64,000 bases of DNA from IMG/VR virus record IMGVR_UViG_3300017650_000009. One strand, written 5' to 3'. Below are positions 59,601 through 64,000 of the stretch, one piece after another. The DNA is from a virus (taxonomy: Duplodnaviria; Heunggongvirae; Uroviricota; Caudoviricetes). A program made the position numbers and the translations under genes. Position 1 is the stretch's first letter. Each line of letters opens with the position of its first letter. The notes under the pieces were generated by a model. That model was not told the origin of the DNA. It made no database searches and saw nothing but the letters and a program-made list of their open reading frames with translations.

Positions 59601-61998
59601 ACATGTCTTCCGCAATGTTTCGGTTAACAACACTCAAGCTTACGGCAAAGCCGAAATAGTTGTTAGCACCACGTGTGGGCGCAACTAGAACACGGTTAAA
59701 TACCCATGCACCCTCGATGCTACGGTACAAATAAACAGCACCAGCGTTTGTGATTGCTCCGGAGAATGTCTCATCAAAGCGTCCACCAGGAACACCAACT
59801 GCCATCCAATTTCCATCACCACTAACCGAGTAACCCATATAATCATTAGGACTACGCTGGTTGTTTGGGCCAGCAAGCTTATCAATTTGAGTCCAAGTTG
59901 CTCCGGAAAGCGCATAAACAAATGCAGCACCAGCGCCCGCCTTGGGGTCTTGATCGCTACTGTTGAGCGAATGATTAGCAGCACCAACAACTAGAATGTT
60001 GTTCTGTAGGGCCAAAGATGAACCAAATTGGCTTTCTTTAATTTTCTGTCCCGCTGGGAGAATTACAGTTTCATTAGCGAAAGTACCAGCGTCATAAATC
60101 CATGACCAAGCAGAACCATGCTCTCCAGTAGAAGTGTCACTAAGTGTAATTGCAAATTTAGAATCGGCAGCAACAATGGTTGTATCAGTTACAGCAAGAG
60201 TTGTCAACTTGATTGGTGTCGAACCATTTGTTACTTGAACATGACCAGTGATAGCAAATTTGCCTGCCGTCAAATCACAATAATAGATACGGCCGACTGC
60301 CGAACCCGAAATGTTATCCGCATTAATGAACAAACGGTTTGCGCTCAAACGTACTAGGCGACCAAAATTTCCATTCGCAGTAACTTCAACGGGTGCAGGA
60401 ATTTTGTGAGAGAATGTAAGCTCAGTACCCAAGCGCTCCCAAACATAAACAGCACCAGAATTTGCGGTGTAGCGTGAGCCATCGAAGGATTGACCAGGAG
60501 CTCCAATTGCAACAAAGCGATCGTTATACGCGAATGAAGTTGCAAAGTGATCGTTTGCCGCGCGTTCATTAAAGAATGCGCGCAAAGAACGTTCATAGCC
60601 CCAGCCCAACGTATCCTTACGGTATACGTCGATGGAACCTGCTTCTGTGCCGACTGCATGATCCGTTAGCGGTGCACCGACGACAACTATATCATCTGCC
60701 GCACTTACGCTTTCACCCTTACGTCCCGCATATACTTTCGAGTTTGGATTGAAATCACCAGCAAGCTGACGTACTAGGGTCCAAGTTCCACCCTCGCGCA
60801 CGTATAGGTAACCCAATCCATGATTCGCAATTGGTGTTGCCTGCCAAGTATGTGGAGTTACGTTTGTATCAACTGAAGTAAACTCAGGCGCAATCTGCCC
60901 AGGTGCACCAACAACAATATTATTGCCGTACACACTGACCGAATGACCAAATTCAGCATTAACCAAATATGTTTGTTCAGGCGCAGTTTCATAATCTGCA
61001 TCCAATTCAATTACGGCAGGAGCAAATGTCTGGGTATTGTCCCATGTTCCAACATCATTACGCTCGAAAACATAAGCTAGACCATTGCCATTAGCGTTCT
61101 TTGCACCAACAACGATTGTTGTTTCGTGAATGCTAACGGATGAACCAAAGTTTGCATGAGCAAGACGATCAGGAGCAAAGATGATACCAGCATAAACCCA
61201 GTGATCAACTTGCCATGAATAGATGAATACCCCACCAGCATTAACTAGCTTATTTGTACCACCCACGCCATAAGAATAGTTTGGTGTACCAATAACCAAA
61301 GTATTACGATGTGCTGCAACTGAGTATCCAAAATGGTCATCACGATTGCGTTCGTTATTACCAGCAATGATCTTCGTACTGATCCAATCCCCATTGGAGT
61401 CACGCTCATAAGCCCAAATTGCACCAGCACCCGCAGCATCTTCGACGCCTTCAAGGTTTTTACCATGCAAAGGTGCACCAACATAAACAACATTTGGTTG
61501 TGCACTTACTTGATAACCATAATCATCATCGATTTCAACCTCTGAAGGACGAAGGGTTGCCTCAAGTGTGGCCGAACCACTCGAAACATTATAGATATAA
61601 GCAGCTCCGCCTGCCTTTGGTGATCCAACAACTAGTGTGGAGCCGTTCAAACTAACAGAGAAGCCAAACATACGGTCTTCACCGCGAGTTGCTACTGGAG
61701 CACTAATATCGTAAGCAAACTCCCAAGCATCAAGGGTTCTACGATAAACAAATACTCGACCAGCATCTAGTAGTTCATTCTGTCCATTATCATCGAATGC
61801 TTGTGAAGGTGCGCCAACGACAGCTAGATCACCACTGATACTTACAGCGTTACCAAATTTGTCACCACTATTGCGAGCTTCTTCGCCTTCACCAACGATA
61901 CGAGTAGGTTTAAAAAGTTCAGGGAATTTAAATTCGCCTCGGTAACCTACGCGCTGTTCGGACAAAACATTAATGAAATCGGATGCTTTAACGGCCAT
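50662..61998 (-). CDS. giant FG-GAP repeat protein with Gly-rich, LamG-like and GSGYT..PTV repeats (probable fibre/baseplate protein)
   Basis: 3778 aa; dozens of FG-GAP repeats; CATAAATA late box at 62037-62044 (- strand). Confidence 0.85.
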   Translation of the reverse strand: MAVKASDFINVLSEQRVGYRGEFKFPELFKPTRIVGEGEEARNSGDKFGNAVSISGDLAVVGAPSQAFDDNGQNELLDAGRVFVYRRTLDAWEFAYDISAPVATRGEDRMFGFSVSLNGSTLVVGSPKAGGAAYIYNVSSGSATLEATLRPSEVEIDDDYGYQVSAQPNVVYVGAPLHGKNLEGVEDAAGAGAIWAYERDSNGDWISTKIIAGNNERNRDDHFGYSVAAHRNTLVIGTPNYSYGVGGTNKLVNAGGVFIYSWQVDHWVYAGIIFAPDRLAHANFGSSVSIHETTIVVGAKNANGNGLAYVFERNDVGTWDNTQTFAPAVIELDADYETAPEQTYLVNAEFGHSVSVYGNNIVVGAPGQIAPEFTSVDTNVTPHTWQATPIANHGLGYLYVREGGTWTLVRQLAGDFNPNSKVYAGRKGESVSAADDIVVVGAPLTDHAVGTEAGSIDVYRKDTLGWGYERSLRAFFNERAANDHFATSFAYNDRFVAIGAPGQSFDGSRYTANSGAVYVWERLGTELTFSHKIPAPVEVTANGNFGRLVRLSANRLFINADNISGSAVGRIYYCDLTAGKFAITGHVQVTNGSTPIKLTTLAVTDTTIVAADSKFAITLSDTSTGEHGSAWSWIYDAGTFANETVILPAGQKIKESQFGSSLALQNNILVVGAANHSLNSSDQDPKAGAGAAFVYALSGATWTQIDKLAGPNNQRSPNDYMGYSVSGDGNWMAVGVPGGRFDETFSGAITNAGAVYLYRSIEGAWVFNRVLVAPTRGANNYFGFAVSLSVVNRNIAEDMSTLVVGAPGEDKKSGSTTWGAGRSYIWERIGTTWTFKATLDTSGTNNSRFGWDVKVNNNRMIIGAPASDRNKSNAATPLVSNAGAAHIYELENGSWVYKTKLTQDDLGGRNIDTYFGFSVDIRDSLAVVSTPFDKFDTNGLNSLDGAGSACVFQRKTQIGQGSTWVPDYKIAGTPQDRNSGDQFGASIATTDSHVVIGTPTNSLDDKASNFLEGAGAAYVYNWVDGNLVFLQKLVAFETRDAGMNFGSTVAISNTHIAIAAPNYKRDVSGTITTFNIGKVYLYRFDNGRFVADRTFMPRSPDGVGFNVEYGKTLSLSHLILAVGSPSLRLDASGQNSFTNCGAVDIYRTLPDGWSYETTLVPNDRRQNINFGKSITIKDNIVIVGGNADQNSFPGDTSNQIIGGGAAWVFTYEGDTWVYQHKLARGGADRLATDGYGQSVALDGDTLVVGAPSYQWGNNVKRSILNSGAVFVFKYINGTWAFSQKIAAPDRVENMAFGTSISVKEDIMFVGAPDALNENNEVTGAVYAYRKSAQTPEQRTKSRVRKTQIFSGIGANQSFIVPENITSLNAYVWGAAGGAQSSTSIGGSGGFVQAKFDVTPGETLTVIVGKMPTAHAAGGGRSEILRSTTTLIVAGGGAGAHTNSNSYGIAGSGGGLLGENAFSGDNRTYPGLGGSQTTGGNIRYFATPPAGGYVGVAGSHKQGGSVNITESGFTTTQGGWPNGGNGAFHSVRNIAIGGGGDGWYGGASGGISSLSATNLFAFGGGGSSYLSPEVEGFTKTNKLGLIEHLKLSFEAQYLPGLGNDGCVIFEWFEEVSNDDWTFEAKLTPSGLDTTTPQKFGSVIATDGITLAVSAPNNRIKSDETTANYNVGAVCVFEHDGLVWKQTSLRLPFGDQGDSLNSSFGSSISVDGDFILVGAPTHNFDEFGEESKLRAGIVFVYKKIDGYWDDLQRLAPFGDVRFAGDQIGFKVAYYNDYVFVGAPGQSYDSNNSNKMTRAGAVYVWKWTDGILKMNQKLTAPATIRKNDSQFGYSLTVENDTLVVGANGTWFGDSTFKVGAVVTYNLENEIWVRKNVLTPATNLIQPNAQFGFDTALTADAQTLIVGAPGISKTGSININRNTLALNVRPQAIPFDVDGDMTIELIVDTGVYSSTTGRLMFELPRIAALGGMALNLYRPAQTTTLQVTFTNATSGATITNITSGVVNNSQVHVGIVKKGTEYSVYFDGVKASRVFNSDLTCNVLNRTVNLTSPTNTSDVAMSTVCSYMRISRNAKDLTIPANRVKNNNIDDDTYLLHTFDNFPNGWNDLTGNFTGKNTGVGSIWFTDDPTNPSELPLGGGAIAYTKGTEGWEFVKIISPASPNMSSTDKFGTSVDINDNLMVIGAPNHSFDQNESISASQNKPNAGAAWVFENIEGNWVEQQKLASWSDELGDNDRTGDILARSPDGMRIAVASVNHSNDAEGNFYLDNAGAVYVWIWNSATSKWLIEQKIVASNRTTNANFGSSIALSDDTLVIGAEGGTSGDVIGGSAYVYKFDSTPGKKYPWVFETQLLPTNIPLIAGAKFGKSVAINGSNEVLVGAPSHSNDAAGNAVIGAGVAYYFKQIAPGQWNNIQSFVAGSTNGNNTIPVTRTTNANFGSSVSCAGNDIMIGASGTRHDSSGVDIGSSSAIAGVVYVLTRPDNSSNFVQTQILDASTDLLISGARYGASTSASGNLIAVGAPSSPYNTNGTAYIPNAGTVSIWSNETTAWTLVQTLDITVDNVGTRSENAYYGASVLLRGDTLFVGVPGLTVDGTANKGQVITYKWNGTKFVFETIINSNNTNLNLTSNIGAFGSSLDFDGSTLIVGAPRTPSTTGSAEYGRVYIFENDGSAWNQIFTYGDTYSNVTARNLGYSVAINGDIAVAGAPGNTSTVNGGNTAAIFHKINGTWAYVDRVSAQRPTKVNDAFGTNYIFTNSGTLFVTSPTSRFDNLNRDVGLNAGAVYVFDVIETGTVFKQKLTPTGTGNHNSNDAFGTGISYDESTSRLFVGSPNHSVAGAVYEFERKADGMWYTFDKIVPGGSNPNVTSGFGTTIVAKNGILLVGAPKHGFDTDNVSVTGAGAIYLFKRDTDNMTFKQKILAPNRTTNAAFGTTFDFDNGILAVGVQAYSSDEYGNLNWANYGIAHMFKLEGLDGLQVGLVGGNPSVPATVGIKTQNGLFDGVSVLTSGAGYLGNPDVEFTLDGFEAHALLAPTSVRKLNLTNAGIGQPTVSIINHPKDTTGSGATAEYIIQEQSIVSVDIDDAGSGYTSVPTVSASSGNNVSLLAILAATGIGTINVDNSGTGYRSIPSVTISAPQSGTTATAKASMSLETVRVKSTVLGVIGEQYEIEFDIRNAIIEVSSVDVSGNIDGFIIIDAGEFTTISSFDDVIATPIVPELDYGNITDSTTENENYGSVTDSVTSDDNYGTLTISDINVDIDAIVTKVSIINAGQGYRTLPIINIDGTATATILLAPTTVESVEVINGGTDVDSNTTISFAGGNPIRTATATAVISSGAGATLVLTNGGSGYTMTPSVVFSDPAFQAVAELNPTTLASVVMDEANNDLPLDGAFTLARSLTAPYSEVQRNQALGSAIAGYDDVVVVGAPTNLTSTTAGVSEYGRVFVYDMKTVSPERTNVVSIDGYLDGSSVIDDITDSFTFNAWVKSDIVDRMQNMGTIFSINNMNRENFFEPTVYTTTGNITVPAGVNWVYFSAWGSGSNTANISGGFARGKIPVISGDVIAVTVAGANANASTIITKNGSSVVSIASGASTSATNVIDSTVILDTYKIVTNNLPIPMNIASKLRTPYRADNFYNGTAGKTGQAGLVALHVGETENANAHFLRVTNDGEITVSGDNQYIIGGTTSEIDDTWFNITYAYAAGSLTVYKGTTKIFDTVVTKPIAASSMLAIGAMFAERNTTEPTINGFVGQMSDIAIWNTKLTNADVADVISNGASNVKPTNLKALWYKN

Positions 61999-62122
61999 TT
62001 TATGGAGTCTCCATGGAGGAATTTCAGTATTACGTCTATTTATGTTAGGCCCGATAACACAGTTGTGGCATTGACAACAATATTTTTCCTGTTATGATAC
62101 AACTGAACAAGGCAAGGATTTT

Positions 62123-62689
62123 ATGGCACTATCGGGAAAATCATTAAGCTCATATATGCTAGATCGGTTCGATTCGGAAAATGTTCCTTTCAGTCGCATT
62201 GAGGAACAGCTTCGTGAGAACGGATGCAATAGTCCGACCTTCGAACGCATTTGGGAAGTTTTCCGTAAAATCCAACAACTCATTGTCATAAACAAGTTGA
62301 ACAGTGGAGAACCCAGTTCTTGGGGTCACATCCGTATGTTGGATCTCCGAAAGATGCTCAATGGCCCAGATGATCGATTGGATTTCGGCGGAAATGGTAT
62401 TGAATTTAGTAAGTGGTATATCGAGCTACTTACATTACAGGCAGCCGGGCTCATCTCAATGGGTTCACTTCATCATCGAATATCTTGCTCCACGCTCGTC
62501 ATTGGTAATTTCGGGCTAAAGAACCCCACCGAAGATGAGATTCAAGCAATACTTCATCGGATGGTGACCGACGATAAAGTTCTACGAACCATCAAGCAAC
62601 ATATTATAACGCGAGCAAAGGCTTTTGATATTGTTCATTTGCTTGTAGATGCAATGTATGCAGAGAGATCAAATGGACATCAATCGTAA
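62123..62689 (+). CDS. hypothetical protein
   Basis: TTGACA promoter at 62071; IVINKLNSG motif shared with next two genes. Confidence 0.7.
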   Translation: MALSGKSLSSYMLDRFDSENVPFSRIEEQLRENGCNSPTFERIWEVFRKIQQLIVINKLNSGEPSSWGHIRMLDLRKMLNGPDDRLDFGGNGIEFSKWYIELLTLQAAGLISMGSLHHRISCSTLVIGNFGLKNPTEDEIQAILHRMVTDDKVLRTIKQHIITRAKAFDIVHLLVDAMYAERSNGHQS

Positions 62690-63245
62690 AATCAAAGCTC
62701 GCCATGCACGGATGCTTCTGAAAGAGATCGAAAATCTCAAGCTAATTCAAAAGCTTAACTACGGGAATACATATGTTCCCGTCGCTGTTTTACGTGAGCA
62801 TTTGACATCAAAAATAGGTCCGGCAAAGGGTTCTTGGAAACATGATCAACAGTTTCGTTTCCTACTTGATAGTCTTCTTGATACAAACGCATTCATGTTC
62901 CAGGAGCCTTGGACCACGGACGTATCCAAGCTTGTTGATTTGACAAAAATGTTCGACGATCTGGGCGTCGGAGTGGATGATCGTGAACTACTCATCCACA
63001 CATCAGCTTTAGGAAACTGGATATCACAAGCAAAACTCGAAGATGATGAAGTGAATGATTTTGTTGTTGAGCTAGTTGAGAACAACTTGAAGATGCATAG
63101 CTTCGGTTATACTCGTACAACGATCATCGAAAACTCACCCACAGTGCCATATCGTATGAGACATGACGTCCCAAAAGTTGAACCAAAAATAATGGGCACA
63201 GTGACTTCAGATGGAGTGGTTGAAATGCTTTGGAGGTCAAAATGA
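62673..63245 (+). CDS. hypothetical protein
   Basis: LIQKLNYG. Confidence 0.7.
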   Translation: MDINRKIKARHARMLLKEIENLKLIQKLNYGNTYVPVAVLREHLTSKIGPAKGSWKHDQQFRFLLDSLLDTNAFMFQEPWTTDVSKLVDLTKMFDDLGVGVDDRELLIHTSALGNWISQAKLEDDEVNDFVVELVENNLKMHSFGYTRTTIIENSPTVPYRMRHDVPKVEPKIMGTVTSDGVVEMLWRSK

Positions 63246-63751
63246 GTCAGTTTTCGATCATGACATGGAAAGCTGCCCAAGCAATCGGATACGGCAGGAA
63301 TCTTGCGCTTGATGTAGAAGCAAAACTTCCAACAGGCACACAAAAGCGTCTAGCCGAAGAACGTCTTGAGATTCTTAACGAACTCTTAGCCCAGGATATG
63401 CTTGTCAAGCTGACTAAGGGTGAGTTTAGCTTTGAAATTGATCCAGAAGAATCACTTACGGTTCGTGAGATATCCGCACGAACGGGAATGGATCGCACTG
63501 AAGTATCAACGCATTTGGAACATTTGGAGCCATTAGGTTTGGTTTCATATTATGGCCCATCGAAAATTGATACCATATTCTGGAGGAAAATTTCAGACAA
63601 TCCCAAGAAGCGCGGACAGATCAAGCCATTTGCCCATATGAGTCATTATGTGCGTGATTTCCTCTACGGCAAACCAAAGGAAGAGATCGTCGACGTCCTA
63701 CGGGAAGTGCTTGAAACACAAAGCCTTTTGGTAAGAAAGTCATATTTCTAA
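63242..63751 (+). CDS. winged-helix HTH domain protein
   Basis: LTVREISARTGMDRTEVSTHLEHLEPLGLV. Confidence 0.7.
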   Translation: MSQFSIMTWKAAQAIGYGRNLALDVEAKLPTGTQKRLAEERLEILNELLAQDMLVKLTKGEFSFEIDPEESLTVREISARTGMDRTEVSTHLEHLEPLGLVSYYGPSKIDTIFWRKISDNPKKRGQIKPFAHMSHYVRDFLYGKPKEEIVDVLREVLETQSLLVRKSYF

Positions 63752-63797
63752 TAATGCTAAATATTGCAAATTAGGACAGATACAGTTATAGTCCTGA

Positions 63798-64000
63798 GTA
63801 ATAAGCATTTACAAGAATACGGTGATACCGGGACCACCTGACCGGCACTATGAGAGGCTTTGCTTGTCTCGTTTGGAACGAAATCATTTTGGGCCCCACG
63901 CAAAGGGACTTCCCAAAAATGTGGACCGCCAAGGCTTATTGCCGAAAGAGTCGCCCTTACTGATGGTAAGGAGGAAAAGATTGATGCGATCCCTGAAGAG
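63798..64000 (+). ncRNA. candidate structured RNA (may run past the window end)
   Basis: TTGCAA(63764)-17-TATAGT promoter; GTAATAAGC/GCTTATTGC closing stem around several hairpins. Confidence 0.45.

Noticed and set aside
41186-61655. Many short ORFs antisense to or nested in the two giant genes
   Set aside because: Shadow ORFs of long coding frames
1-64000. CRISPR array, DGR, integrase/transposase or stop-codon reassignment
   Set aside because: No regularly spaced direct repeats, RT or recombinase seen; genes read intact in code 11 with tight coupling, and TAG stops are rare but used (e.g. 7786, 25500, 37110)

Overview
A 64-kb segment of a large T4-like/jumbo bacteriophage. The host is probably an alphaproteobacterium (Rhizobiales-like ornithine decarboxylase and outer-membrane barrel); the resemblance to Atu_ph07-type jumbo phages is an inference. 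Positions 1-40.8 kb and 62-64 kb hold dense + strand accessory genes driven by sigma70-like promoters. These include about 17 paralogues with a C-terminal F-x4-(D/E)A-x2-(F/A)KL motif, a minimal HisRS, Pth2, ClpP, YqeY, an SF2 helicase, an endolysin, ODC, NADAR, PnuC-NadR and a 2H phosphoesterase. There are four clear tRNAs (Ser, His, Cys, Met) and several structured ncRNAs: a YrlA-type Y RNA, a GOLLD-like ~930-nt RNA with an embedded tRNA-Arg, a manA-like leader, and a tRNA-like RNA with a C-rich insertion. Positions 40.9-62.0 kb encode two giant - strand FG-GAP-repeat virion proteins under TATAAATA-type late promoters. The top finding is a His-free mini-HisRS whose true start lies in another frame and is joined to the catalytic ORF by a prfB-like +1 frameshift site (GAGGT-TGT-CTT-CAT) with a His codon in the A site; this is a candidate His-tRNA-starvation sensor, near a G-1:C73 tRNA-His. 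Other strong leads are a Gol-peptide (capsid gp23) mimic fused to a small paralogue domain and a recurrent promoter-embedded anti-Shine-Dalgarno hairpin architecture. All family assignments come from motif recognition by eye; no searches were run.
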